A stretch of 64,000 bases of DNA from the human T2T-CHM13v2.0 reference genome, Homo sapiens. Positions 1 through 15,417 of the stretch are shown piece after piece. Position 1 is the stretch's first letter, and each line of letters starts with the position of its first letter. The stretch lies in the NCBI RefSeq assembly GCF_009914755.1, contig NC_060927.1; one strand, written 5' to 3'. Below the pieces are notes generated by a model that was given only the letters and a program-made list of their open reading frames with translations, had not been told where the DNA came from and did not search any database. Position numbers and translations under genes: made by a program.

Positions 1-461
1 ATAATAGTAACTCCCCATAAGTGAAATTATCTTTAAACTTGAAATTGTGGGAGTTTGATGGGAGATTACTAAATATTGTTTCCAAGCCATGAAAGCTTAG
101 AGAGAAAGCAGTTCTTATCAGGTTCAAAATGCCGAGCAGTGTATGTGGTCAGTCCACGGTATGGAGAGAGATGAAAGTGATTGTTGTTTTAAAGGCACAG
201 GGCAGAACAGTTTGAAAATTACGCCAAAATCAGGCATTCGGGGGGCTTCATTTGTTTTTTGAATTTAGTATTGTTTCCAAAATATCTAAGTTTCAAATAA
301 ACTGTAAACCTGTTTTAAAATATATTCGTGTTGTTTTAACCACCCATGCCGCTCTTCCTCTCTTTAAGAAAACATACCCGAAACAAATATGCAGGTAAAC
401 ATGATTGGTAAGGAGTTCTTTATTGGTTGTGATTTGTAGCAAATAATCTGTTCTGTGTCAG

Positions 462-620
462 TGTTCGCAGGGAAATGGACAGTGATATAGAGACCATGCA
501 ACAGACAATAGAGGATTTGGAAGTAGCCAGTGATCCCTTATATGTGCCTGACCCAGACCCCACCAAATTTCCTGTTAATCGAAATTTAACCCGAAAGGCT
601 GGATACCTTAATGCTAGGAA
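462..620 (+). CDS. APPL1: APPL1 coding exon (~exon 10; end of BAR, start of PH domain)
   Basis: cag|T GTT CGC AGG GAA ATG...AGG AA|gtaag; translates VRREMDSDIETMQQTIEDLEVASDPLYVPDPDPTKFPVNRNLTRKAGYLNAR; phase fits next exon. Confidence 0.95.
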
Positions 621-856
621 GTAAGAAAACTATTGTTATTTTTGTATATTGTGTATCATGTAAGACAATACCAAATGAATATAGTAAATAATTGATGTCT
701 GTCATATTTTGATTTTTATTAAAGGTTGAAACTTTTTAGAGGTGTTAGTATTTATGTGAACTTTTTGACAGATGAAGTACATGAATACTTTTCAGAAGTA
801 AAATCCTACCTAGATATTTATTGAATAATGTAGAATGATAAAAGAAGTGAAACCAG

Positions 857-1150
857 GGCTGGGCATGGTGGCTCACGCCTGTGATCCCAGCACTTTGGGA
901 GGCTGAGGCGGGCGGATCACCTGAGGTCAGGAGTTCGAGACCAGCCTGGCCAACATGGTGAAACCCCACCTCTACTAAAAATACAAAAATTAGCTGAGCA
1001 TGGTGGCTTACACCTGTAATCCCAGCTACTCAGGAGGCTGAGACACGAGAATCACTTGAACATGGGAGGCAGAGGTTGTGGTGAGCCGAGATCCCACCAC
1101 TGCACTCCAGCCTGAGGGACAGAGTGAGACTCTGTCTCAAAAAAAAAAAT
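857..1150 (+). mobile_element. AluS
   Basis: Full dimer with A tail; TSD GAAGTGAAAC. Confidence 0.92.
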
Positions 1151-1628
1151 GAAGTGAAACTAATTTGAGTTTAAATAAATATTCACATATTGTATCATAA
1201 CATGAGAATGCTATGAAATATCATTTATCCTACTTTAATATATTTGTAATTATAGCACCAAGTCAAATGTTAGTTTTCACCTGATGATAGGATGAAGCAG
1301 GTTAACCCTAGAAATAAAATAAATTCTGTTGTTTTGAATTTACTCCCTTGGAAATTGAACTATAACCTATATTTTATGGATCATTATTATAACAGCCACA
1401 GTTTGATAATTTCCAGCCTTGTTTTGGAAACTGTATACACATTCACAAAAGTGAGTCAACATACATGAATTTATTTTAGAGACTGAAAGCATATTTATAT
1501 TTATTTTCTTGGCATCTTGGTGCCTCTTCGCAAGCCAGTTCATTGTAACATGCTTTATCTTGTGTCTAGCTGATGATGAGATTTCAGGTATGTTGTTATT
1601 AAAGAGTGAATGTGCTTTCTTCATTCAG

Positions 1629-1817
1629 TAAAACAGGCTTGGTGTCATCTACCTGGGACAGACAGTTTTACTTCACGCAGGGTGGAAATTTAATGAGTCA
1701 GGCCCGTGGGGATGTAGCAGGAGGCCTGGCCATGGACATAGACAACTGTTCAGTGATGGCTGTGGACTGTGAAGACAGACGATATTGTTTTCAGATCACC
1801 TCTTTCGATGGAAAAAA
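1629..1817 (+). CDS. APPL1: APPL1 coding exon (~11; PH domain)
   Basis: cag|T AAA ACA GGC...GGA AAA AA|gttagt; KTGLVSSTWDRQFYFTQGGNLMSQARGDVAGGLAMDIDNCSVMAVDCEDRRYCFQITSFDGK (within ORF 1606-1845). Confidence 0.96.
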
Positions 1818-2420
1818 GTTAGTATTTTTTTTCTACTACTACTAATCTATAGTATATTAAACTTCTGAAATGTGAGATAATTCCTTTTTGTTTAGAAATT
1901 TTATGGACATTTTAGGTTCATTATGTATTAAGATAAATTGCTTTTTAATCTTGTAGAAATATATTGAATTTTTGTCTCTGGCTTGGTTAAATGGTTTCTT
2001 GATATTTTGAAGTTGTCAAAGCAATGTCATATAGTAAAGACCTGTGATTTCATGTTAGGGAACTGGAACTGAAAATCCTGCATAGTATCAGGGAAGACAG
2101 AACAAGTTAATGGAAAGAGTCCTAAACCTGGGGTCAGAAGGATCAAACTCTGGATCCATTACTTACTGTGTGGTCTCAGACAGTACAGTAATGTCTGTAA
2201 CCCCTCTCCGCTCCATTTTTCTTCATGTAAAATGTGAATGGGGGGGGGTTGTAATCCCTATCGTAAATTGTTGTGAGGAACAGAAATTCTAACATATGTA
2301 ATGTGACTGACATATAGTAGGTGCTAACAATAGTGTTATTTTAAAATGTTAATCAAGTATTTCTGATCAGATTATTTTTCCATTAATGTTTATAATACCA
2401 TTTAAAAAATTTCTGTTACC

Positions 2421-2739
<319 letters not shown>

Positions 2740-2980
2740 TAAAGTAGCATTTAAAAGAAATTTTCAAAAAGCATGGAAAATGTAAAAAGGAGTATGAAAA
2801 AATCCTACTGTCTTATTAATCAAAAGCGACAATTAACTTTTTTGTCCATTGCCTTCCAATTTTTAACTTAAGTACATTTTTAAAATAGTTGAAGAAATAC
2901 TATAATTTGGATTTGCAGCCACCTATTAAAAACATGTTATAATGGCTATTCTATAATCTATTTAAGGACATACAGTATAA

Positions 2981-3375
<395 letters not shown>

Positions 3376-3509
3376 TGAACTTTCTTAATTTAATATTCAG
3401 GAGCAGCCTGTGGGTTCCCTGACAGTCATTTTTTCCCCTGTATTTATGCGCATTAAGATATTATAAAAATAAATAAATTTGACCTTTACTCCTGAAAAAA
3501 AGATACTAT

Positions 3510-3811
3510 AGGCCGGGCTTGGTGGCTCACGCCTGTAATCCCAGCTCTTTGGGAGGCCAAGGCGGGTGGATCACCTGACATCAGGAGTTTGAGACCAGCC
3601 TGGCCAATGTGGTGAAATCCAGTCTCTACTAAAAATACAAAAATTATCTGGGCATGGTGGTGGGTGCCTGTAATCCTACCTACTTGGGAGGCTGACACAG
3701 GGAGAATTGCTTGAACCCAGGAGGCAGAGGTTGCAGTGAGCCGAGATCGCGCCACTGCACTTCAGCCTGGGTGACAGAGTGAGACTTTGTCTCAAAAAAA
3801 AAAAAAAAAAA
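3510..3811 (+). mobile_element. AluS
   Basis: Full dimer; TSD AAAGATACTATAG. Confidence 0.92.
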
Positions 3812-4537
3812 AGATACTATAGCTCACTATCCTTTATCAAAATGGTTGTTTAATTTCACATTCCTTCTACAAACATATAATGAATGCCAATATTGTGTGG
3901 ATTTATCACACTAGATGTTGGAATCACTGTATTCATTTATCAAAATTACCAACTTGTTAACATGTTACTTACTATTAAGTATTTACTTTTTGCTTAATGC
4001 TTACCATGATTTCCCATTTCACATTCCTGGTGTGATGCAAAATTAATAAAAATTATTATTTTCTCAAACTCTAATATCTATAGAAAAGCGAAATAATGAT
4101 ATGTTAGTGATTAACATTGAAATATTTGATTTAATATTAAAGGAGAAATAATGAAGTAAAGTTTTTTCTATTAGGATCATTGATGTATATTTGAAATATA
4201 TATGAGTTCATAATATATATGAAATATATATGATAAGTTGAAATGCATTGCCTTCACTGAAATGTAACTTTGTCATGGTCTGTCTTCTGAGGATCAGCAC
4301 CTGTTCCCTTTTTGGTACATCTTGGCATAGATAGTCAAAGTCAGAGCTGTTAAAGTCTGCATCCTGATACCTCTGGTGGTCTCCTTTTCCTAAGATACCG
4401 TTGGTTGTGTTTTGTTTTTGTTCTTTTAATATCGATTTTTATATATGCCTTTAACTTTAAAGATTAAAAAGTTACCTCGGATTATGTTGAAAATACTTTT
4501 TTAAACAGTTGAGGCTCAAACGTCTCTTCTCTTCCAG

Positions 4538-4580
4538 ATCTTCAATTTTGCAAGCAGAGAGTAAAAAAGATCATGAAGAG
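4538..4580 (+). CDS. APPL1: APPL1 coding exon (~12)
   Basis: ccag|A TCT TCA...GAA GAG|gtaag; SSILQAESKKDHEE. Confidence 0.93.
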
Positions 4581-5754
4581 GTAAGATTTTACCTAGTTCA
4601 TTTCTTCATTGACATTTTAAAATATTTTTCTGATGACAAAACATATATTAATGTGTTCATTGTAGAAATTTTGGAAAATCCTAGTTAATTAAAAATCTTT
4701 CTTTTTCTTTTTTGTTTTTGTAAAAGTCTATTGTCCTCGAGCAATATTCTTAAGTTTCTCACAGAATTTTATAGTGGGAGGGACCTTAGAGATCATCTCT
4801 GCTATTTTAAAGGCTCAGATTGAGAAATGACCTTGTGACTGTTGCTGTCTGGCAGGCTGTTAGTATCATGAGGTGACAGTTTAATTTATTCCCTTCTCTC
4901 ACCAATCCTTTGAGACACTATTTGCTACACTAAGAACATAGTGGCAGCAGATGTGACATGGCAGGAAGCAACTAAAGCTGAAAACCTTGGAGAAATGAAA
5001 GATAGAAAAACAAAAATTTGGGAGTCTCTGTTCTTCCTCATGAGCCTTTTATTTTTGGCTCCATTTTTACTCCTAGTATATCAGATATGGAAGGTAAGGT
5101 ATTAGCAATAATTGATGCTTCAAACCTTTATCTTGAGAAACATTCTTCCATGAAAATGTATCTTAGCTTGATTTTTAGCCTTTTAATTTGGCATTATAAT
5201 TGTGTTGGTAAAAGATAAAAGTTGGAAATGCTATAGAGATCTACCTTTATTTACTTCTTATGGAAAAGAGTAATATTAAAACTTGCTTTTAGTCTCTGAG
5301 GAACACAGACAAATGTCTCTGTTCTCTGCATAGTTTGCCAAACAAAATATTTGTTTAGATTAGTGAGGCTCTTTGGGCACTTGAATCCTCGAGAGTGAAG
5401 CAGAAGATGTAGAGCAGAGATTGTTTTCTATGCTAATTATTTATAAACTTGACAGAAGGGAGGCATGTAAAATATATTCACCAAGAATATATTTATCTTT
5501 TAAATTTTTTTACATTTGTGTTAATTATGATACCCGAGTTCACACTGTCTTGTTTGGTGGGGATTAGGAGGGGAAGTGATATAAAAAGATAAATATAGAT
5601 TATTAAGTATAATTTAACATGATTGCTATATTTTTTATTGCCTTATATGAATTAAACTTGAGATTCTTACATAAATCTACTAAATGTTTTCATATATTTA
5701 AATAATAAAAATGTTGAATGTGCTTTTATATATATTTATATATATGCACCCTCC

Positions 5755-5866
5755 TTATGAAATGTTTTCTTATAAGGAAGATAAATATATTACTTCTAAT
5801 GAAACATCTGTTATGAAATGTTTTCTTATAAGGAAGATAAATATATTACTTCTAATGAAACATCTG
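5755..5866. repeat. Perfect 56-bp tandem duplication
   Basis: 5755-5810 is identical to 5811-5866. Confidence 0.95.
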
Positions 5867-5950
5867 TTGCAGTTGAGTATTGAACATTTGCCTTTACAAG
5901 AGAAGCTTTGTAGAAAAAAAATTATATTTTTCTATTTTTTCCTCTTGCAG

Positions 5951-6007
5951 TGGATCTGTACAATAAACAACATATCTAAACAAATATACTTAAGTGAAAA
6001 TCCAGAG
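5951..6007 (+). CDS. APPL1: APPL1 coding exon (~13)
   Basis: gcag|TGG ATC...CCA GAG|gtaat; WICTINNISKQIYLSENPE. Confidence 0.94.
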
Positions 6008-6126
6008 GTAATATTTTTATTTTATGTTACCCAGATCTAGCAAAATTGAGTAATTTTGTGGCTTACATGTTTTTATTAATTCATAATTTCTCAGGTTCTG
6101 TAATTTTTTAATTTGACCTTGAATGA

Positions 6127-6435
<309 letters not shown>

Positions 6436-6897
6436 TGAGTAGCTTTAATGTGCCATGAATGTAATGAGTGGTCTTCCTAGAACAATAAATTATTTCAAAA
6501 GATACTCAGTCAACCAACAAATATTTATTGGGTGTGGACTATTTAACTCTGCGTTGAGCACCATGAAGAAAGGAAATACAGAAGAAAATTGAGCCATGGC
6601 CTCTGCCCTCTAGGAGCCTATCTGTATGGAGAGACAAAACTAAAACTTTAAGTAACATTTCAGATAAAACAGGATGTAACTGAAAGCATATGGCGATGAC
6701 TAAAGGCTTAGGTTTTGAGAATAGTTTTGAGAATATTAAGATCAGTGTGGACTTTAGAGAAAGCTCTGTGGAGATGGTGGAAACCTGAGTTGGGTAGGAT
6801 TTGTTTGTTTTGAGGAAAAGAAGACACAGTGCAGATAAGAGAAAAAAAGAATACAAATGCAGAAATGGCAGGTTTATGAAACTAGCAGTGTAATTAA

Positions 6898-7193
<296 letters not shown>

Positions 7194-7221
7194 AAGTTAA
7201 AGATTCTTGATAGAGAATACA

Positions 7222-7322
7222 AAACTGAAATGTGCATACAAGTCACTTAGGGGTCTTGTTAAAATGCGTAATATGATTCAGTATGTCTGGGGTGATACAG
7301 CGTGAATTCCCAGTTTTGCAAA
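7222..7322. mobile_element. MER5-like fragment
   Basis: GTCACTTAGGGGTCTTGTTAAAATGC...GATTCAGTATGTCTGGGG. Confidence 0.55.
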
Positions 7323-8344
7323 TTATATTTTGTGTGGCAAGGATATCAAACCAGATGAACCCTGAAGTGTAGACACAGCCACAGGTGCAGTCCAAACATA
7401 CAGGTAGAACCCAGGGGTACAGAGAATTCTGGAAGGAGTCAAGTAGGTACTGCAGTATAGTTGGAAGAGGACTTGACTCTAGGACAGGAGCTGCCTGACC
7501 TCTGCCACTCTTAGTGGGCCTGTCTGTGCTATGGGAGTCCAGGCAACTCCTGGCTGATGATTTCAGCTGAGGCTGGGAGGGCTAATTTCTTTGGGAGGCT
7601 CTCACTCTTCTAAATTGTAATCTGCTGTTGATGTAATGGTGGATTAGATGGGAGGCCTAGACTAGTTTAGTAACTGATTGATATGAAGGATGAAAGAGAT
7701 GACTAAGGTAAAGATGACTTCCAGGTTTTAAACCCAAGGGAAGAGAAGAAGAATTTGGGAAAGAAGAGTTCTGTTTTTATCTTAACGGCTTTGAGGTGCC
7801 AGCTAAGGAATGCCTAGGAGGAAGTTTTGAACCATAGAAACAAAATCTCATGACCTCCAAAATACTCGTAATTTGTTAGTTTTATAATGTTATTATATTT
7901 ACATTGTAACATATTTATTACAATTATGTCTAATAAAATAAATTATGAGTTTAATTACGGAAAATCAGTGTTAACTATAGAGAAGGCTTTTGCTTTTAGT
8001 AATTTGATCTCCTGCCAATCTAGCTTTTCCTTTTTGTAAGGTTATTTGGGAACAACAAAAAATACCATTAAAATACAAATTAAATAATTTATTTTATCAT
8101 TTAGGTCATACAGTGTTTGGATTTGAATAGTTTGTAATACTTACAGTCTTTTACTACCAATTATCAGAACTCTAATTTTTAGTTAATATTTCCTAGGTTA
8201 TCCAGAATTATTTTATCTGTATTAGTGAGAATAGGAATTTTGATCAGTTTTTAGCATTGTATTAGTCATTTTGCTAACCATAAGACACAGAAGTGCAAAA
8301 TTGTTATGTGATTATTTTTTCTAATTTAAAGACCATTTTTATGG

Positions 8345-8482
8345 AATAGTGCCTGTAGTCTCAACTACTCAGGAGGCTGAGGGGGGAGGATTGTTTGAGC
8401 CTAGGAGATCAAGGATGCAGTGAGCCATAATCATGCCATTGCACGCCAGCCTGGGCAATAGAGAACGTATCTCCCAAAAAAA
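8345..8482 (+). mobile_element. Alu right-arm/FRAM fragment
   Basis: GCCTGTAGTCTCAACTACTCAGGAGGCTGAG to A tail; flanked by AAAGACCATTT. Confidence 0.75.
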
Positions 8483-9225
8483 GACCATTTAAAAAATTGT
8501 GAAAAAATCTGTAAATTTACCATGTTAACCATTTTTAAGTATACAGAAATGTTAACTATATGTACGTGATTAAAACAGATCTCTAATTTAAATACCATTT
8601 TTTATTTAGCCAGTATTTTAAATAAAACAGTAAGTCTAAAGTATTTCTTATGGAAAGCTTTCTTATTTTCAATTTTTTGGTCTGAAAATATGACAGCTTT
8701 ATAAATTAATAAACAGATACTTCTGAGCATAAATATATTCTGGAAAATTGTGAAAACTTTACCAGCATAGTTATAAAATACTCATATTTTGTGAATATTT
8801 CCTATTCCTTCTAAATTTCTTTATTCAACAAATGTATCGATTGTCCATTGTGCCAGGCACTGGGCTGCATGTTAGCAATACAAACTTTAATAAAAAATAT
8901 CTGGTAGTTAAAAATGTAAAGAAAACAATATTTTCTTTAAAAATTTAAAGTGTGCAACACTTGCAGGGAATTTTAAAAAATTAAAAAGCAATATCTAATA
9001 ATTATGTATAAGTAGAAAATCAGATTTTTTTGCTAGATTATAGGAAGTAAGAGGAAATCAGTTATGTACCCTAATATTAAGACGAGGGAATATAGTACTA
9101 CTTTAGTAGCTCTAATTTATATTTTAAGTGTAACTCAGAAGCATTCTAACAATTCAGAGTTACATTCAAACTTTTGGTTTGCTTACTTTACTAATATTAG
9201 TCCTTTTTTAAAAAAATTGAAATAG

Positions 9226-9320
9226 GAAACTGCTGCACGAGTAAATCAATCAGCTCTGGAAGCTGTCACTCCTTCCCCATCTTTCCAGCAGAGGCACGAG
9301 AGCCTGCGGCCAGCAGCAGG
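9226..9320 (+). CDS. APPL1: APPL1 coding exon (~14)
   Basis: atag|GAA ACT...GCA GG|gtaag; ETAARVNQSALEAVTPSPSFQQRHESLRPAA. Confidence 0.94.
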
Positions 9321-9514
9321 GTAAGTTACCACACTGAGTTATTTAAAGAAGGAGATGGGCTATTTAAAGTATCTGTGATCTGGGATTATGTTTGTACTGA
9401 AACTTAAGACTTCTCATTGACTTATAATATTGTGTTTTCTTTTTTCATAGTTTGTTAAATATTTAATATCCAAAAGGGAAAATTAAATGCAATGCCTTCT
9501 TGTTTTATGCTTAG

Positions 9515-9697
9515 ACAATCTCGGCCACCGACAGCTCGAACCAGCAGTTCAGGATCCTTAGGATCTGAGTCTACAAATTTGGCTGCCCTCTCTCTAGATT
9601 CTCTTGTTGCCCCAGACACCCCAATACAGTTTGACATAATTTCTCCTGTGTGTGAAGATCAGCCTGGCCAGGCAAAAGCCTTTGGCCAGGGAGGCAG
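9515..9697 (+). CDS. APPL1: APPL1 coding exon (~15)
   Basis: ttag|A CAA TCT...GGC AG|gtggg; QSRPPTARTSSSGSLGSESTNLAALSLDSLVAPDTPIQFDIISPVCEDQPGQAKAFGQGG. Confidence 0.95.
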
Positions 9698-10432
9698 GTG
9701 GGTGATAGCATCACAGGTACATTGTGCTGTGGTCTGTAAGGCTTATAATCCCCTGTCTGCATTTCAGAGTCATCTCTTATTTATAATGTATATCAGCTAT
9801 GTTGTACTTTCTTTGTTTAATTATGTAACATATTGTTAGGGAAGAACCATGCAGGTTTTTTTCTCTATGTCTTCTGCCTCAGTTAAGGAGTTAAGATAAT
9901 TTAGTTTCCAAATATTTAATTCTGTATTGCTTATTAGGTCTATTTCTTGGATACTTGCTCTTAAAATTGCAGAAGAAAGTTGATAGCTGTCTTTAGGTCA
10001 TGACAATTTTTAAAAAATTCTTGAGGGTAATACATGTGATATAGGTTTATTAGAAAATATTATCTTATACCAGAATAAGAAATCTTCAGGAAGTTACTAA
10101 AACATTATCACTATTATGAATTATGAATGAGTCATTGTTTAGTTGTATGATGAATATTCTCACCAAAGCAGTTAAAATTTTTCCTTGGCTGTGATTGAAG
10201 GAAACATGACTTAAGGCAAATCATTTATTAAGTAGAGTGGACACCTAATAAACTGATAATATATTAATTTGGATATACATGGCTGTGACCCAGAAAAAGT
10301 CATTTACATTTGATCACAGAAATACACTTAGCATTTGATGTAATAGGACACATACTAAAGAGATTAATTTCCTGTTATCTTACTGTCAGTGTTTTTTTAG
10401 AACCACTTAGCTCTCTGCTTCCAAAACCTACT

Positions 10433-10728
10433 TTGTTTTGTTTTGAGATGGGGTCTCACTCTGTTGCCCAGGCTGGAGTGCAGCGGCATGATCATAGCTC
10501 ACTGCAGCTTTGACCTTCTGGGCTCAAGGGATCCACCTGCCTCACCCTCCTGAGTACCTGGGACCACAGGCGTGCGCCACCACACCCAGCTAATTTTTAA
10601 ATTTCTTTGGTAGAGACGGGTTCTTCCTGTGTTGCCCTAGCAGATCTCAAACTCCCAGGGTCAAGCAGTCCTCCTGCCTCGGCCTCCCAAAGTGCTGAGA
10701 TTACAGGTGTGAGCCACAATGCCCAGCC
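10433..10728 (-). mobile_element. AluJ
   Basis: Dimer; TSD TCCAAAACCTACTTTG. Confidence 0.88.
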
Positions 10729-11296
10729 CTCCAAAACCTACTTTGAGTTGTACTTTTCTTCCTTCACTGTGGTGTGCCACAAGCCATGCACACTAAGGAG
10801 GAAGGTAGCTTCCATCTCCAGTTCACTTTTCTTTTTGCATTGTTACTTACGCTTTAAGAAATACAGGTTTAAAACTAGATTATAGGTAACTTGTAACATG
10901 TACTTACAGAACCTAAAAAGAAGTTTTTACAATTCCAGGACATTCTTGGCATTTTTCTCAAGCAACTAAGATTGCAGTTAAATAAGTGTTCCTCTGTGCT
11001 AGCTTATTTAAATTCAAGAACTTTTGCAACATGGTTTATTATGTTGATTTTTTGTTGTGTATGTCTAAACTTCCAATTCATCTGTGTCTTCTAAAGTGCA
11101 CCAACATTGATCAGTTAGTGTGTGAGGGCAGAGGCCTTCATCATAGTAATTTAGTGATCAATAGTGTTTCTTAATAGGATGGGGCATTTTAGAGCTTTTT
11201 TTTTTTAAATGTTAACTGTGGTTTTAATAATTAGATTTCTTCTATGTGGCTCATGGTAACTGACCATGTGTTCATATTTTCTTCTAAACTTTTTAG

Positions 11297-11349
11297 GCGT
11301 ACAAATCCATTTGGAGAATCTGGAGGAAGTACAAAATCTGAAACTGAAG
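11297..11349 (+). CDS. APPL1: APPL1 coding exon (~16)
   Basis: ttag|G CGT ACA...GAA G|gtaag; RTNPFGESGGSTKSETE. Confidence 0.94.
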
Positions 11350-11721
11350 GTAAGACAGATGTGCAGCATTCATATATTTTAGAACTGCTTCTCAGCAAAC
11401 TGTGAATAATTTATTGTTTATATTTGCTCTGCTACTAAGCTCAGTTTTAATGCTATCTTTACTTCAGAATTTCCTCTACTTACTTATAGTACACTTGAAG
11501 CAACAGAACTTAATCTGACTTAAGATGTTGTGATTCATACAAAACGATAGACTCTCATACTTTTGACTTTATAGTCAAATTCAGTGCCTAAGATACCTTT
11601 CAAGCTTTTCCTAACAGCTGATGTTTCTCTTCTGGTACTGGAGCATAAATTTTGTTTTTCCGCCACTAACTATTTATTTGAATTCTAAACTTACAGAAAT
11701 GCTGTAAGAACCACCAGTTGT

Positions 11722-11895
<174 letters not shown>

Positions 11896-12113
11896 TAGCT
11901 ATTTGAATTTGAAACCCTAATTTTCCTATAACTTGGAATACTGTAGTTAGGAGTTATTTTGAAATGTCTCCCTTAGGCTGTTGAATTTTTCACTAGAAAA
12001 CCTAAAAGGAGGCAGTGTATTTTATTCTTTTGGAAAAGAAATGTGGCGAAAAAAATAAAATGTAAATTTATACAGTAAAAAAAAAATATGTAATACACCT
12101 TGTTCTATTATAG

Positions 12114-12288
12114 ATTCTATTCTTCATCAGTTATTTATTGTCCGATTCCTTGGTTCAATGGAGGTGAAATCAGATGACCATCCAGATGTTGTTTATGAAA
12201 CTATGCGCCAAATCTTAGCTGCCCGGGCCATCCATAACATCTTTCGTATGACAGAATCGCATTTATTAGTCACTTGTGACTGTTTAAA
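12114..12288 (+). CDS. APPL1: APPL1 coding exon (~17; PTB domain)
   Basis: atag|AT TCT ATT...TTA AA|gtaag; SILHQLFIVRFLGSMEVKSDDHPDVVYETMRQILAARAIHNIFRMTESHLLVTCDCL. Confidence 0.95.
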
Positions 12289-12385
12289 GTAAGTAAAACC
12301 CTCCCTTAAAAAACTGTAGAAAAAACATTTACATGATTTCAGCCTAATTAAAATTTGTTTTCCAATTTTTAAATTATTATTTTAG

Positions 12386-12422
12386 GTTAATTGATCCACA
12401 GACACAAGTTACAAGGCTCACG
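12386..12422 (+). CDS. APPL1: APPL1 coding exon (~18; PTB)
   Basis: ttag|G TTA ATT...CTC ACG|gtgag; LIDPQTQVTRLT. Confidence 0.93.
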
Positions 12423-12896
12423 GTGAGTTCCACATGATTTAAGCTTTGTTTTAGGTCCCTTTGTATATATACACATCTTACAACTTGATAATAATCCTGA
12501 TCCTGTATATTCAAGTGTGATAGTATCAGCTATGATTGGTCTTTGGCTGTTGTAGTTAAGTCTATGGCCATCTCCAAAAAGTTGTCATTGAACATTTTAT
12601 GTAACTTAAAAGAATTAACACAATTCTTTTTGTAATTTTTTTAACACAGTTCTTTTTGACTTTGTAAAATGTGTTAATGACTAATAAAACAAATGTAATA
12701 TTCAACAACCTTTTTCTGCTTGTTAATTCAAACCAAATATGACATTACTTGTTTCTGCATTACAAGTCTGTTAAAATAATTGGCTTTAATATATTAAAAT
12801 ATTTATATTTTTAGAACTTAGCATATGAGTTTGTCACAAGTGCTGCTGTAATGACTTGTAAGATCTCATGTTTGCTTCTGATGTTTTCTGTGGCAG

Positions 12897-13043
12897 TTTC
12901 CATTACCTTGTGTAGTTTTGTATGCTACACACCAGGAAAATAAGCGCCTTTTTGGATTTGTTCTTCGGACATCAAGCGGGAGAAGTGAAAGTAATCTGTC
13001 ATCAGTCTGCTATATATTTGAGTCAAACAATGAGGGGGAAAAG
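12897..13043 (+). CDS. APPL1: APPL1 coding exon (~19; PTB)
   Basis: gcag|TTT CCA...GAA AAG|gtac; FPLPCVVLYATHQENKRLFGFVLRTSSGRSESNLSSVCYIFESNNEGEK. Confidence 0.95.
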
Positions 13044-13164
13044 GTACATGGCTTTTCAGAATATCTCTGTCATAACCACTTACTAATTGATTCTTACTAA
13101 GATTTAATAATAATTAAATTCTTACAAATTAAATTAGTTAGTAATTACTGATTGAATTCTTTAC

Positions 13165-14629
<1,465 letters not shown>

Positions 14630-14652
14630 TTTTTTTTTTCTATGGAAAATAA

Positions 14653-15003
<351 letters not shown>

Positions 15004-15088
15004 TAACAAAGTTTCTCAAGAGACTAATTAGAGCTAAAATGGTGAAAGTAGGATGATCTTTGTTTTTCGTTTTTTGTGGGTACAAGGG

Positions 15089-15417
15089 GTGTGTGTGTGT
15101 GTGTGTGTGTGTGTATGCATTTTTTTTTTTTTTCCAGATGGAGTCTTGCTGTGTCACCTGGGCTGGAGTGCAATGGCGCGATCTTGGCTCATTGCAACCT
15201 CCGCCCCCTCGGGTTTAAGCGATTCTCCTGCCTCAGCCTCCTGAGTAGCTGGGTCTATAGGCATGCGCCACCACGCCCAGCTAATTTTGTATTTTTAGTA
15301 GAGACAGGGTTTCTCCATGTTGGTCAGGCTGGTCTCAAACTCTCGACCTCAGATGATCCGCCTGCCTCGGCCTCCCAAAGTGCTGGGATTACAGGTGTGA
15401 GCCACCTCGCCCAGCCA
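15089..15417 (-). mobile_element. AluS with adjacent (GT)n, inside L1
   Basis: Dimer plus microsatellite 15089-15114. Confidence 0.88.

Noticed and set aside
5711-6040. 109-aa ORF with repeated peptide
   Set aside because: Chance frame across the 56-bp duplication and a short APPL1 exon.
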